64,000 nucleotides of DNA, taken from Ascoidea asiatica JCM 7603. Its lineage: Eukaryota; Fungi; Ascomycota. The notes under the pieces were generated by a model, which was not told where the DNA came from, searched no databases, and saw only the letters and a list, made by a program, of their open reading frames with translations. The stretch is from positions 1,200,362 through 1,264,361 of the forward strand of contig BCKQ01000001.1 of assembly GCA_001600695.1 (NCBI GenBank). Reading direction: 5' to 3'. Shown piece after piece: positions 1 through 12,169 of this stretch. A program made the position numbers and the translations under genes. The first letter of the stretch is position 1; the number at the start of each line of letters is the position of its first letter.

Positions 1-2
1 TG

Positions 3-2534
3 AAAACTTTTCAACCTTTGAATTTACCTTTAAAACTATCCAAAAATCAAAATCAGCATCAAAGAACTGATTCTAATTACACAAATTCAGCTATCTCTTC
101 AGCTTCTGCTTCAACTACCACTTTCAATGAAAATCATTTAAAAATTACAAATAATAACCTAAAAAACTTTTCCACTATTTCTTTACATTCAAATACAAAT
201 CTTGATTCTCTTGATAACAAAAATATTCCTTCAACTAATTCATCTAATATTCAATCTAATAATCATAACAAAAGTCTTTCAGTCGATCTAGATAAAATTC
301 TTACTGATTCTTGTTTAGTATCACCTGCTTCCTCTAGTCTAAATTTAACTACAATTGCAAATAATTTAAGTAATTCAAACCTAAGTACGAATTTAAATAA
401 TGCAATTGATAATAGTTCAAATAAAAATTCTGTTGAAAATAATAACATAGAACATAAAAAAGTTAATTCCTCTTCTTCTTTTTCATCTTCCAGTAATAAT
501 ATCAATACTAATAATAATATTAATACCAATCCAATAAACCCTTCCAAAAGCAATAATGTTTCAAAATCAACTTTAAACTCTTATAATGCATTATTCAATT
601 TAACTGATGATTTTTGGTTAGAAATTTATATATCCGGTTTAATTAGATTATTTCAATTTTCTTCAGATTTGGATCATTTTAAGCCCGCTTTAATTCAATT
701 AAATCCTTTACAAACTAAATCTTCTGCAAAAAGAATTATAAAGTCAATTCTAAAATTATTACATAGAGGTCATTTAACAGGTTGCTCAAATTTAAATTCT
801 TCTCCAAATTTTGTTAATAATTATTTAGTTGATACATTATTAAAGGTTTTAGAAATAACTGATTTATATTATTATTCAATTGAATTAATTCAACAATTAA
901 TTAAAAGAAATTTTTTATATCATTTGATTTTGATCAAAGTTTTATCTCAACAAAAAGATAATGAAATCAAATTTGTGAATGAATTAAATAAAGGTATTCA
1001 ATTTTATACAAATGATAAAAGAGTTAATTCAAATTTCATTAAAATCAACTATTTATATATTTACCTAATTGAACAGAGTAAATTTTTATTTGAAAAAAAA
1101 AAGTTAAATACTTCTTTATATTTGGCTATAAAAGCAGTCGAATCAAAACCTTCTGAATTTATTTGTTGGAAAAACTTAGTTGAAATATATATTTTTAAAA
1201 AAGACTTCAAAAATGCATTATTAACATTAAATTCATGTCCGATTTATCCATTTAATACAACTTTTTATAATCATTTGATAAATTCTGAAAATTCTATATT
1301 TGACTTAAAAAATTCAGAATTTTTTAAGTTTCCATATCCTTTTATTTTCAAATCTAAGGAAAAACAATTTTTGAAAGAAAAGATTGATATATATGATAAT
1401 TCAAACGATTTAAATTCAATTGGAATGATTGGAGATATTTTAATTCATTGTGGTAAAACTGGTCCTTTATACAAGAGAAATTTTGAAAACATGTCAAATG
1501 CATATATCGCAAGTGAAAATGAACTTTTAAGCGTTGACCCAACTTTATTAAATTTAAATAGTAATAAATTGAAAGGTACTCTAAAAGTAGCTTATGATTT
1601 ATTGGCTAGTTTGGTTATCTTGATTGGTTGGGATTCTTTATTAAATATACGAAAAGAAATATTTGTAATGCAAAATGAATATAACGAGAAAATTGCCTTA
1701 TCGAATTTAAAATCAAAAGGTGAAAAACTAGAAAATAATCATAAATCAACAGCAATACCAGGAGAAGCAAAAGAAACAGAAAAAAATACAGGAGAGGAAC
1801 TTCTTTTTAAGGAATTTCAGAGTAAAAGGTTATGTGAAAAATGGTTAGATACAATTTTTATATTTTTATATGATGATTTAAGAGTTGTAATGGATTGGGA
1901 AGAAGAATTCAAAAAAGATTCAAAAAATATTCAACACTCGTCATTAGAATGGGATTTAATCGGACATGTCGGATATAATGTTAAGCATTATGATTTGAGT
2001 ATTGCATCATTAAGAACATCAATCTCAGCCAATTATTCAATAATTTCATCTTTGAAATTATGTAAAATTATTGATGATTTTTTAATGAATTTCAATAGAT
2101 TTAAGAAATTAAATCTTGGAGTATTACAAAATTTAAATGATGATGGGTATGATCTTAAAAATGTTTCAAGTTTTTCAAAAAATTTATATTCAATTGGATT
2201 AAGTAATATTGTAAGTAAAAATCAAAAGCAATTAATTTTAAAAAAAGACAATGTTATAAGTATTGAACATGGTAGTTATGATAATAATTTATATTTAGAT
2301 TTAATTTTAGAATGTATTTTAAAAAATATTTTATGGTATAATAGATGGTATCAAGATTTCTCAATGAATTCTTTGATTACTTTGAAACATATTTTAAAAG
2401 AAAATGATAAAGAGTTCATCAGAAATAAGATTAAATCTAAATTTTTTAGTTTTAAAAAAGATGATAAAGAAGCGTATGATATTCTTGCATTATTTGATAG
2501 ATATGTGAATTGGATTGAAATGTTTGAAGATTGA
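3..2534 (+). CDS. ChAPs family exomer cargo adaptor (Chs6/Bch2-like), 5'-partial
   Basis: Frame is open from position 3, so the TTG at 18 is not the true start. TPR-like ChAPs motifs (KAVESKPSEFICWKNL, ALLTLNSCP, IGWDSLLNIRKEIFVM, KRLCEKWLD). Adjacency to PHS1 mirrors CHS6/PHS1 proximity in S. cerevisiae. Confidence 0.85.
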   Translation, partial: KTFQPLNLPLKLSKNQNQHQRTDSNYTNSAISSASASTTTFNENHLKITNNNLKNFSTISLHSNTNLDSLDNKNIPSTNSSNIQSNNHNKSLSVDLDKILTDSCLVSPASSSLNLTTIANNLSNSNLSTNLNNAIDNSSNKNSVENNNIEHKKVNSSSSFSSSSNNINTNNNINTNPINPSKSNNVSKSTLNSYNALFNLTDDFWLEIYISGLIRLFQFSSDLDHFKPALIQLNPLQTKSSAKRIIKSILKLLHRGHLTGCSNLNSSPNFVNNYLVDTLLKVLEITDLYYYSIELIQQLIKRNFLYHLILIKVLSQQKDNEIKFVNELNKGIQFYTNDKRVNSNFIKINYLYIYLIEQSKFLFEKKKLNTSLYLAIKAVESKPSEFICWKNLVEIYIFKKDFKNALLTLNSCPIYPFNTTFYNHLINSENSIFDLKNSEFFKFPYPFIFKSKEKQFLKEKIDIYDNSNDLNSIGMIGDILIHCGKTGPLYKRNFENMSNAYIASENELLSVDPTLLNLNSNKLKGTLKVAYDLLASLVILIGWDSLLNIRKEIFVMQNEYNEKIALSNLKSKGEKLENNHKSTAIPGEAKETEKNTGEELLFKEFQSKRLCEKWLDTIFIFLYDDLRVVMDWEEEFKKDSKNIQHSSLEWDLIGHVGYNVKHYDLSIASLRTSISANYSIISSLKLCKIIDDFLMNFNRFKKLNLGVLQNLNDDGYDLKNVSSFSKNLYSIGLSNIVSKNQKQLILKKDNVISIEHGSYDNNLYLDLILECILKNILWYNRWYQDFSMNSLITLKHILKENDKEFIRNKIKSKFFSFKKDDKEAYDILALFDRYVNWIEMFED

Positions 2535-2637
2535 AAAAATCCTAATTGAGAAAATAGAATATATAGTATATATTATATATTTGAGTTAGGATACAGTATA
2601 TAAAATTATAAAAATACTATTTTAAATTTAGTGATAT

Positions 2638-3345
2638 TCATTTTGATTTTTCTGTTTTAAGTTTTAGCATTATTTTTTTTCTTTGTTTTAGCATATATGT
2701 ATATAAAATATAAGAACCAGGAATATAAATCAAAAGTGAAAGTTTTAAGAAATAATTATATAATAAACCAATTGAGATAGTTGCTTGATTTAAACTATTA
2801 TAGATGATTAAGTATTCACTTGATATTCCTATAGGATACAAAATTAAAAATAAATTATAACGTAAAAAAATTAAAAAAGTTGGAATATTTTCACCTTTAT
2901 TTTTGATATTAATTGCATAATATGAATATCTTGTAATTTCAGTTATTGACCATGCAAAAGATAAAGTGATATAAAACCATTTGAAATTTGATAATGAATT
3001 TGGTAATAATGAAAAAATTCCCCAGACTATTAATAATCTTGAAGATACTTGAGCAACTGTTGTAAATACTGGAGCTCTTACATTACCTATAATGGAATTA
3101 TAAATTTCTACAATTGCTAAAGATTGAACAATAATCAAATAAACACTTGTATTTTTGAATAAATTTGGTTGCTTTGAGATTAAACTTCCTGGTAAAACAT
3201 TGAATAAAAAAACACCAAACCATAAAACAGATGAAATAACATTGTAATAATAAATCCAAACTGGCTGAGATTTATTTTTGATTGGAGATGCTTTTACTGG
3301 AGAATTTGATTCTGAAATTTTGATTGTGTTTTTTAGAGTAGCCAT
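2638..3345 (-). CDS. PHS1: Very-long-chain 3-hydroxyacyl-CoA dehydratase (PTPLA family)
   Basis: Motifs QVSSRLLIVWG, AWSITEITRYSYY, LRYNLFLILYPIGISSE, YTYMLKQRKK; multiple TM segments. Confidence 0.95.
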   Translation of the reverse strand: MATLKNTIKISESNSPVKASPIKNKSQPVWIYYYNVISSVLWFGVFLFNVLPGSLISKQPNLFKNTSVYLIIVQSLAIVEIYNSIIGNVRAPVFTTVAQVSSRLLIVWGIFSLLPNSLSNFKWFYITLSFAWSITEITRYSYYAINIKNKGENIPTFLIFLRYNLFLILYPIGISSEYLIIYNSLNQATISIGLLYNYFLKLSLLIYIPGSYILYTYMLKQRKKIMLKLKTEKSK

Positions 3346-3608
3346 TTTATATAAACTCTTGTTTTAAATGAGATTTGATTGATTCCAACTCAATTTTTAA
3401 CATTCAGTTAAAGATATGTAAAGTAATAATCAAAAGAAACTAAAACTAAATTCATCTAAAAACAAACTTTAATGAATACAATAATCTTTACTTTACAATA
3501 ATAGAAATAAGTCGTATCTAACTTTGGTATTTTATTCAAGACTTTTGGTTGGAAACTCGAAAATCCAACAATAAGTTGAATTTTAATTAATTAAAAAATT
3601 AATAAAAA

Positions 3609-3680
3609 AGGTCGTACCCGGATTCGAACCGGGGTTATCCGGATCAAAACCGAATGTGATCACCACTACACCATACAACC
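3609..3680 (-). tRNA. tRNA-Gln(UUG)
   Basis: Reverse complement GGTTGTATGGTGTAGTGG...TTCGG-TTTTGAT-CCGGA...CCCGGTTCGAATCCGGG TACGACC T; cloverleaf intact; downstream T-run terminator. Confidence 0.96.
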
Positions 3681-4011
3681 TTTTCTTGTGTTTTTTACCT
3701 GCTGTTCCCTTATGGTGTCATGAGCCTAATATTGATTTTGTCAAGCCTAATCACAATAAGAGAAAAAAAAAGTAATAAACAAGTAACTATAAATCATCTA
3801 TTTTTTTCCTAATCCACTTAAAGGCTACAAAGTCTGTGTCACCAAAAATCAAATAGTGTAAACTTATAATGAAAATTACCTTAAAAAATAAAAGTAAAAA
3901 GGTTTTAGAAATTCTAGTTTCAACTGGTACTATTTAAATTCTCAGTTTATCTGAATGAAATAAATCAAGATAAAGACAATAGTTCATTTTTCTAAGCAAA
4001 CTTTTGATAGT

Positions 4012-4980
4012 CTGGGGTTTATGGAGAAATGGAAGGAATTATTCAGAAAAATCAAAATACTGAGAAACATTCAAAAAGCCAGAAAACTGAAGCATATCTA
4101 AGGTTGTAAGCTTTCTCTTCTGTCAGAAATAAATATTTTGTAATGTTCATACGCTGGGAAAAGTGTGCAATTCCCAATTAAAGACGGTTCCTTCTTTGGT
4201 TAAGGTTTTTCGCACACATTTTTTTGTATAATTTTTCCAGTTTTTTTTTCCGGGCGTGTTATTTTTCCGCTGACATTGCCCCCGCCGGCAGCCAGCAAGG
4301 GAATGAAGCTGGAACAATTTCCCGGAGGCAAGGAAGTGGGGAAGTAGAGCCAATAAGAGCTGAGATTCAGGTATCAAAGCTTGAAACCTCTATAATTATT
4401 CCATTCGGAAAAACTCTGATACCATTCTGAGGCTTAGCCTAGCTGCTTTTCTTACTTTTTTTCCAAGGTGACTCGCCACATTCTCAAATATTAATAGCAC
4501 AAACCAGCAATTTCAAGCAAATTTCAGCCAAATCTCCCAAAGCAAAGGATTTATCAACAGGAGGTTACATATTTCAAAGTTATTCACATTCTCCAATATG
4601 TAGCTCTCTGGGGTTCAAAGTTTTATTTAATCCGTCTTTCACTTTCATTGGTTGTAATTTTCCAGCGATCTGCCATTTGTTATTTTTCCTGATAAAAGAT
4701 GGTGAGAGATTACCAATTTGGTATCAATGAATTTAAAATTCTCTTTTCCAATCAATTGTGGGGAGAAAATTACTTCTTTTTTCAGTTCTTTAAGCAGTTT
4801 ATACTTAAAAATCTTGAGTTTTGATTTGCAGATATTTCTCCATAATTTTATGTGAGAATTTCACTGATTTTAAAAGAAACGTAAGCTTTTTCAAAAAAAG
4901 AAAGAAGATTTATTTGCAAGATATGTTTTTGCCTTAAAAATGCAATATCATCAATAGTACTTTTTTAGATGGTATAAATA
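4012..4980 (+). promoter_or_regulatory. Glucose-regulated promoter of the sugar transporter: Mig1-type SYGGGG and Rgt1-type CGGANNA sites plus TATA
   Basis: SYGGGG at 4012, 4280 (rev), 4336, 4608 and 4758; CGGANNA at 4246 (rev), 4263 (rev), 4406 and 4628 (rev); TATAAATA at 4973-4980. Confidence 0.65.
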
Positions 4981-5189
4981 GAGGACCAAATCTCTTGACC
5001 TTTTTTGAAATTATTACCTTTCTAATATATAATTAATTGTTAAATCATTCAAAAAACTATTATTCAGTTCTAAGTTGAATACTTCATCACTTTAAAATTT
5101 TAAAATTTCTTTTTATATAACATATTATTTTTATTTTGATAATTTACTTACTATAAAATATTACAAGACTATTATTATAATCTTACAAA

Positions 5190-6785
5190 ATGGGTTTAAA
5201 AAATTCAAAAATTGTTACAATTTTCTATAAGCCAGAAGAAAAACCAAAAGAAGGTTCATTATGGATGTCTGCATTTGTCGGTCTTTTTGCAGCTTTTGGT
5301 GGTATATTATATGGTTATGATACTGGTAGTATCTCTGGTATAATGGCAATGAAATATGTTTTAAAAACATTTCCTAAAGATATACCCGGTGAATTCTCTT
5401 CAAAGGAACATTCTTTAATTGTTTCTATTTTATCTGCAGGAACCTTTTTTGGTTCATTATTTGCTCCTTATATTTCTGATACTTTAGGTCGTCGTTGGAC
5501 ATTAATTCTTAGTTCTTTAATCGTTTTCAATCTTGGTATTGCTTTACAAGTTGCTTCTTCTGGTATACCTTTATTAGTTGCTGGTAGAGTTATTGCAGGT
5601 TTAGGTTTAGGTTTAATATCATCTGTAATTCCACTTTATCAATCTGAAACTGTTCCAAAAGCTGTTCGTGGTGCCATTGTTTCTTGTTATCAATGGGCCA
5701 TTACTATTGGTCTTTTTTTAGCTGCTTGTGTTGAAAAAGGTACTCAATCAAGAAACGATTCTGGTTCTTATAGAATCCCTTTAGGTATTCAATTTCTTTG
5801 GTCTTTAATTTTAGGTTGTGGTATGATTTTCTTACCAGAAACTCCTAGATTTTGGATTCATAAAGGTAAAGAAGAAAAAGCTAAGTATTCTTTATCGAAA
5901 TTAAGAAAACTTCCACTTGGACATGATGAAATTGAAGAAGAATATCAAGATATTAAATCAATTTATGATTTTGAATTATCTCAAGGTTCTTCAAGTTGGT
6001 TAGATTGTTTCAGAGTTTCTAATTCTCAATTAAAAAGACTTATAACTGGTACTGGTTTACAAATGTTTCAACAATTAACTGGTATTAATTTTATTTTCTA
6101 TTATGGAACTACTTTTTTTGGTAATGCTGGTATTAGTAATGCCTTTACAGTTTCTGTTATAACTGATATCGTTAATGTTGTAATGACAATTCCAGGTATT
6201 TATTTAGTTGAAGTTTTAGGAAGAAGATCAATGTTAATTTGGGGTGCTGTTGGTATGTGTATTTCTGATTTTATCATTGCAATTGTTGGTGAAACAGCTA
6301 GTTCAGACCCAGCTAATAAATGTTTAATAGCTTTTGCTTGTCTTTTCATTGCATTTTTTGCAGCAACTTGGGGTCCAATTTGTTGGGTTATTGTTGGTGA
6401 AATCTTCCCATTAAGAGTAAGAGCTAAATCTGTTGCAATGTCAGCAGCATCAAATTGGTTATGGAATTTTGCAATTGCTTATGCTACTCCATATATGATT
6501 GATTCTGGTAAAGGAAATGCTGATTTAGGTACTAGAGTTTATTTCATTTGGGGTGGTTGTAATTTATTGGCAGTTGCATTTGCATACTATTTCGTCTATG
6601 AAACTAAAAATTTGACTTTAGAAGATGTTGATTTATTATATGATCAATATAAAAATGCATGGCAATCCACCAAATATGTACCAGAAGTTCATCACTACTC
6701 AAAAGATCAATCCAATAAAGAATTTGCAAGTAGCGATATTGATGTTGCCAAGGTTGAAAACTCTTATGAAGAACAAGCTGTTTGA
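5190..6785 (+). CDS. MFS sugar porter, GXS1/HGT12-like high-affinity glucose(/xylose) H+ symporter
   Basis: FGGILYGYDTG, DTLGRR, PLYQSE, PETPR, QQLTGINFIFYYG, GEIFPLRVRAK, VYETK. 12-TM layout without the long Snf3/Rgt2 sensor tail. Confidence 0.9.
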   Translation: MGLKNSKIVTIFYKPEEKPKEGSLWMSAFVGLFAAFGGILYGYDTGSISGIMAMKYVLKTFPKDIPGEFSSKEHSLIVSILSAGTFFGSLFAPYISDTLGRRWTLILSSLIVFNLGIALQVASSGIPLLVAGRVIAGLGLGLISSVIPLYQSETVPKAVRGAIVSCYQWAITIGLFLAACVEKGTQSRNDSGSYRIPLGIQFLWSLILGCGMIFLPETPRFWIHKGKEEKAKYSLSKLRKLPLGHDEIEEEYQDIKSIYDFELSQGSSSWLDCFRVSNSQLKRLITGTGLQMFQQLTGINFIFYYGTTFFGNAGISNAFTVSVITDIVNVVMTIPGIYLVEVLGRRSMLIWGAVGMCISDFIIAIVGETASSDPANKCLIAFACLFIAFFAATWGPICWVIVGEIFPLRVRAKSVAMSAASNWLWNFAIAYATPYMIDSGKGNADLGTRVYFIWGGCNLLAVAFAYYFVYETKNLTLEDVDLLYDQYKNAWQSTKYVPEVHHYSKDQSNKEFASSDIDVAKVENSYEEQAV

Positions 6786-7828
6786 GTTTTGAAATCTATT
6801 TTCATCTTTTTTTATTTTTTCAATTCTTCTTAAATATATAACTATTTATTTTTTAATGTTTTCATTTCCTTTGCTTTGTTTTTTCTTTTAGTTTTTCTAT
6901 AACAATGAATTATAATGACACATAATATTCAAACCATCTAATCGATATACTCCTTGTATAAAATTCATCCTTTACAGAGTAGCAAAGTTTATAAAGATAG
7001 GCTCAACTAATAAGACTTTTTTTAAGCATTTTATACTTTGAAACGGTTTTAATTTAAAAATGGAAAAACTTTCTTAAAAAAAAAAATGAATCTGCACTAA
7101 TTGATATCATTTAGTTAACTTATTGAAAAATTAATGAATTTTTTTATTTTTTGTAAAATATGACAAAAGAGAATTTCTAAAAGAATAGAAACGAACAAAA
7201 AACTTTTATTTCAAAGATCTATTACAGACCAGTCCTTTCCTAGAACTATTTTGAATTTCAATAATATTTATTAATTCATAAGAAAGTTTGAATATTTTTT
7301 TCATTTGCAAAGAAAAGTTTTATAGCGAAAATATTAAGAAACTACAACAAACATTGTTTAATATATTAAAAATACATTTATTAAAATCTACAATTAAATA
7401 TAGTAAAAAGACATTTGAAACTTAGAAAATCTAATTTTATTGCCATGGTATAAGAAGAATAAATAAATAACAAAAGTTAAATTAAAAACCGTTAATAAAT
7501 AACCCTTGATTTTGTATATGGTATAGTAAAAGAAAAGTACCGGAAAAGAAAAAAAGTTATAACAAGCAGAACAAGTTAAATGCGAATGAAAGCCTTAAGT
7601 TTAGAAATTAATAGAACCAGAAAAAATTAATTAAATAGAAATATTAAAATATAAAAAGGTAAGAAGTTTTTAATTTAAATTCAAAAATATTAAAATTGAA
7701 TCTATATTTAAAAGAAGAACATAGTGGAGAAGCTTTTTGAAAATTGAATCATAGGTATGAAACAAATGTGTTTGTAATTAAATTTAAGTTAAAACAGAAA
7801 TTAAAAGATTAAATTTTGATTAATTAAA

Positions 7829-9160
7829 TTACATTATAAACAAAGCTAATAAGGTAATAAAAGAAGTTAAACCCATGGATAATTTTGAAGCACCATTGGC
7901 AGTTTCAACTTCAGGAACAGAAGAGGTTGGAGTTGAAGTTGCAACTTCTGGAGCTTTACTAGAACCAGTAGTAACAGTAGAAATTGTTGTTGGGGTTGAA
8001 ACAATTGTAGTGGCAGAGGTGATTGGTACAGTAGTTGCAACAGTGGTTTCAGAAGAGATAACAGTGCTGTAAGAAGTACAGACATCTCCGGTACATGAAG
8101 TAACTTGAGTTGTAACTGGGGTAGTAATAACAGTACTACCAGTAGATGTAGAAATGGTTGAAACAGAAACAGAAGTAACTGTAGATGGAGTTGTAGCAAT
8201 AGCAGAAGAGGCAGTTGAAGATAATGGACAATAAGTTGTGTATAAAGTTTCAACACCATTAGAAGTGGTTTTAACAGTAGTTACACCAGTTGTAACAGTG
8301 ACTGGAGTACAAGAACCGGCAGAACAAGAAGTAATTTCAACAGTAGTTGTAGATGGAACAGCAGTTGTAATTGCAGTATAAGTGGTTCCATTAACTGGAG
8401 TAACTGAGGCAGAAGTAGTGGCGGTTAATGGACAATAAGTAGTATACATAGTTTCAACACCACTTGAAGTATAAGTAACAACAGTGACACCGGTTGTTAC
8501 TTTAACAGGAGTACAAGCACCAGCAGAACATGAAGTAATTTCAATAGTTGTTGTTGATGGAACAGCAGTTGTAATTGCAGTATAAGTGGTTCCATTAACT
8601 GGAGTAACTGAGGCAGAAGTAGTGGCGGTTAATGGACAATAAGTAGTATACGTAGTTTCAACACCACTAATAGTTGAAGTAACAGTTGTGACACCAGTAG
8701 TAACAGGAACTTCAGTACATTTATTTTCATTACAAGAAGTAACAGTAATAGTTGTTGGAACAACATCAGTAGCAGAAGTAGTAGTTATAGTTGAATTTGA
8801 AGTTGATGGAATTGAAGAAATTAATTCAAGGGAAGAAGAAGCAGTAGTTGGAGCTTCAGTTGGGATTGATAAAGTAGTTCTTGGTTTAATATAACAAGTG
8901 TTAGCAGAACAACTAGTTGTTGCTAATGGACAATAAGTTGTATAAATTGTTTCAACGCCAGTAATAGTTGCAGTTACAGTTGTTACACCAGTAGTAACTG
9001 GAACTTCAGTACAAGCAGTATGACCAGAACATGAAGTAATTGTTATAATTTCAGTTCCAATATCACATTCAGTAACAGTAACAGTATTAGTTGAATTGAT
9101 ATAAGTTGCAGAAGCGGCGGAAACGGCTAAAGCAGAAGCTAAAATAGATGAAAATTTCAT
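7829..9160 (-). CDS. GPI-anchored Ser/Thr-rich cell wall protein with flocculin type-3 repeats
   Basis: Signal peptide MKFSSILASALAVSAASA; four (ITSC...C...VTTGVT...YTTYCPL) repeats; C-terminal ANGA plus hydrophobic GPI signal. Confidence 0.92.
   Translation of the reverse strand: MKFSSILASALAVSAASATYINSTNTVTVTECDIGTEIITITSCSGHTACTEVPVTTGVTTVTATITGVETIYTTYCPLATTSCSANTCYIKPRTTLSIPTEAPTTASSSLELISSIPSTSNSTITTTSATDVVPTTITVTSCNENKCTEVPVTTGVTTVTSTISGVETTYTTYCPLTATTSASVTPVNGTTYTAITTAVPSTTTIEITSCSAGACTPVKVTTGVTVVTYTSSGVETMYTTYCPLTATTSASVTPVNGTTYTAITTAVPSTTTVEITSCSAGSCTPVTVTTGVTTVKTTSNGVETLYTTYCPLSSTASSAIATTPSTVTSVSVSTISTSTGSTVITTPVTTQVTSCTGDVCTSYSTVISSETTVATTVPITSATTIVSTPTTISTVTTGSSKAPEVATSTPTSSVPEVETANGASKLSMGLTSFITLLALFIM
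8225..8710. repeat. 204-bp (68-aa) intragenic tandem repeat
   Basis: Block gatggaacagcagttgtaattgcag...gtagtatac occurs at 8352 and 8556 and is identical over about 95 nt. Confidence 0.85.
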
Positions 9161-10272
9161 TGTTTAAATTATGAATTGAATTGAAAATTGAGTTTGAATG
9201 AACTATTTCTAAGAATATATATGTTTGAATATCTTAATATTTTAATATTTGAAAATTGAATAATTGATTGAATTGAATTGATTAAAACTTAAATTAATTT
9301 AAATATTAAAGCGAATGAATAATAAATTGAAATAAGTAGAAATAATTTTGATAATAGTGATTATGATAAAATAATATAAATTATAAGTTTACAAAATAAT
9401 TAAAAAATATAATAAATTATGAGATTCTTGATTGATTGATAGATAGTTAAAATAGAAAAGAAGAATGTTGAATCTGAAAAATAGGAAGAAAAGGGAATGT
9501 ATTTATATTAATCTGAAAATCTTGAATATTAAACAATTATTCATGAATTGATAATTGAATTGCTATTCTGAGATGAAAGATATACCATTCTCAATCAGAA
9601 AATTGTATGAATTTCAATTAAGATCACTGGGCTTTGTTTAAGATTACTATGATTATTATCATGTTTTTTAAGAAGCAAACTGACACTATTACACTAGTAG
9701 CATTTCTTGCTCTTGCTCTTGCTTTCCTCAATTTTCCTTGATTTTCTTTTTCCTTCTTTTTTTTTCTTTTCTTTTTTAATATATTTTTTCAATTTTTCTA
9801 ATAATATTTTAATATTCTCTCATATTTTTCTTTGCTTTTTTTGGTTAGTTCTAAGAATAAACTCCAGAGAAATCTGAGGATGCGAATACAAGAGCATACA
9901 CCATAAAACAAACCCCTTTGTCATTGGAACACAAGCAACAATAAAAATAAGGCAATGATTGTTTTGAGATTGCTGTCGTAGCAGCAGAGTGAGCACATCC
10001 TTTCGTCTTTCACACCCAGATTGCTCTCTCTCTGCTATTAATAGTAGTAGTGAAGCAAAGGAAAAAGAAAATGAAAAGCAAGGGAATTTGCAACAAGGTA
10101 GCAGTTCACCATCCCCCACTCCTGGGAAATACCCTTTGAAAATAGCATTTTCTTTGATTCGAAGGCCCTTCTCGTAATGGAATAAAGTTATTTTTGATTC
10201 TGGATAAAAACTAAAATTAAACAATTCAATTGATTTCAACCTTTTTTTTGGTCTATTTATGAACTTTTGCTG

Positions 10273-10317
10273 GAACTTCGTGAGCTTCGTGAACTTCGTG
10301 AACTTCGTGAACTTCGT
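10273..10317. repeat. 9-bp tandem repeat (GAACTTCGT)x5
   Basis: gaacttcgt gagcttcgt gaacttcgt gaacttcgt gaacttcgt. Confidence 0.85.
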
Positions 10318-12169
10318 TGCTTTCCACTAATTTATTTTTAACATCGGGAAATTAAGGTTAGGGTTGAAGGTTTTCTGGTAAGCGGAGTCTGACTAATTGG
10401 CCCTTGCACGCTTACGTAATTCTATATTTAACTTGCTTCATATGTTCAACAACGCTGCTTAAAACGCAATTAAAACGCAATTAAAAACGCAGCTGATACT
10501 TTTCTTGCTTCACTTACTGCCGGCTAACCGTTGATTACCCCTGACTCTCAGTTACCAAGGCAACAGGCTTTGTTGCTCTGTCACTGTTGCCACCACACTG
10601 AGCCATGGCTCACAGGTTGTTCCAATGATCGTTGCAGCGACGATTTTCCCAGAAATGCGTTGCTTCAGCAGCTTGGAAACACTGCAGAAACCGGATGAGT
10701 TAACTCTACTTCCACAGCAGCAGCATGCTTCCATAGTCAAAAATTCTTGAGATTACCAATTATTTAAATTGGTATTAAAAATGGTATTAAAATTGGTATT
10801 CCAATTGACGTTGACGATTTTCGGTAACGAATTCAACAGTTTTATTTATTTTCCTTTTATTCGCATTACCTGTTGAAAGAAGATGTAATTTTTTTAAGCT
10901 GGAATATTTTTTTTTTTTGACTTTTTGGAAACAGATATGGCTGATAGAATAGAGTATTAAAAATTCAATAAAAAAATCAATGAAATTAATAAAATCAATG
11001 AAAAGTCAATTTAATTTCCAATATGATAGATATTCAATGTGAAATGGAATAACATTAAGCCTAAATTGAGTCTCATCAAAGAACTATGGGCTTAGAAACA
11101 TAAGAAAATAATAAAGACTATTTCAAATCCCAAGTCATTTTTTCCAAACTTCAAGTTTTATTAATCTCTTTTGGTTAAATTAATTCCATAAAAATATATA
11201 TATTTATCTTTTTATAATCTTTTTATCTTGAATACCACAAAAAGAAACTACATAAGGTCATTTTCAAAAAAAAAAAAAAAACGAAAAGGAGGCCATTAAA
11301 TATATGTGAAACAGAAATCATTCAATTTTTTGAATCATAAAATTATTGAATCGTCAAACAATTGAATCCTTGAATGAATCAATCAGTTATTAAAATCAAT
11401 TTGATTACAATTATTACTAAATTGTTTTCTAGTAGTTGAAACACATGTTGTATCAATATGGCCTAATATAAACAGTAAGGAGTCCAAATTTATTTTTAAA
11501 ACATCAGTATTTTTCAAAAAAGAACTTCAGTGGCTAATTAATAGATAATAAGCATCATTTTTCACTTCAAATCTGTTCCCATTGAAATTTATTATTCTAT
11601 TTTATTTTCTACGTACCTTTTACTCGACCACTATTGTAGCATTACTATTTTCTGGTTGAATTTCACTGATGATATTTTTTTTTATTTCTACTTTTACAGC
11701 TGTTGCCGCAAAAGCATCAAAGTGAAAAAAAAATTGAAGTCCGCACTGCGGTTGCATTTCCACCGACATCTTTACGCGGAAAGATAATATCCGGCAGGCT
11801 AAAAGCAGTGCCTTTTGTTGCACCTCGTTACTTTTTATCACCTTTGTCTTTTTACAACCGGGCTTAGTGGTAATTGGAAACATAAATCCTCAATTGCAGT
11901 TCTAAAAATAATAAGATTTTCTCACTACTTTTTCAATTAATTAATTAACTAATTAATTAATCATCAATTTATTTTTGCATTTAATTGAATTTAATTTAAT
12001 TTAATTTTAATTAATTCTAAATTGAATCTTAAAATATAATTTTAATTTCAATTTCAGTTACAATTTCAATTTTTGCAGGGATTAACTAATTAAAAATACA
12101 CTTCGATATATAATTTCATCTAAAAACAGATTTTTGGTTAAATTTGAATATATTATTTAAATATTTTAT

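Noticed and set aside
7867-8894. Alternative-frame and antisense ORFs inside the wall protein gene (and similar short ORFs in other genes)
   Set aside because: Shadow ORFs caused by biased Thr/Ser/Val codon usage of the real gene.
10273-10317. Heat shock element or CRISPR-like array
   Set aside because: GAA-c-TTC spacing breaks the nGAAn register, there are no spacers, and the context is eukaryotic.
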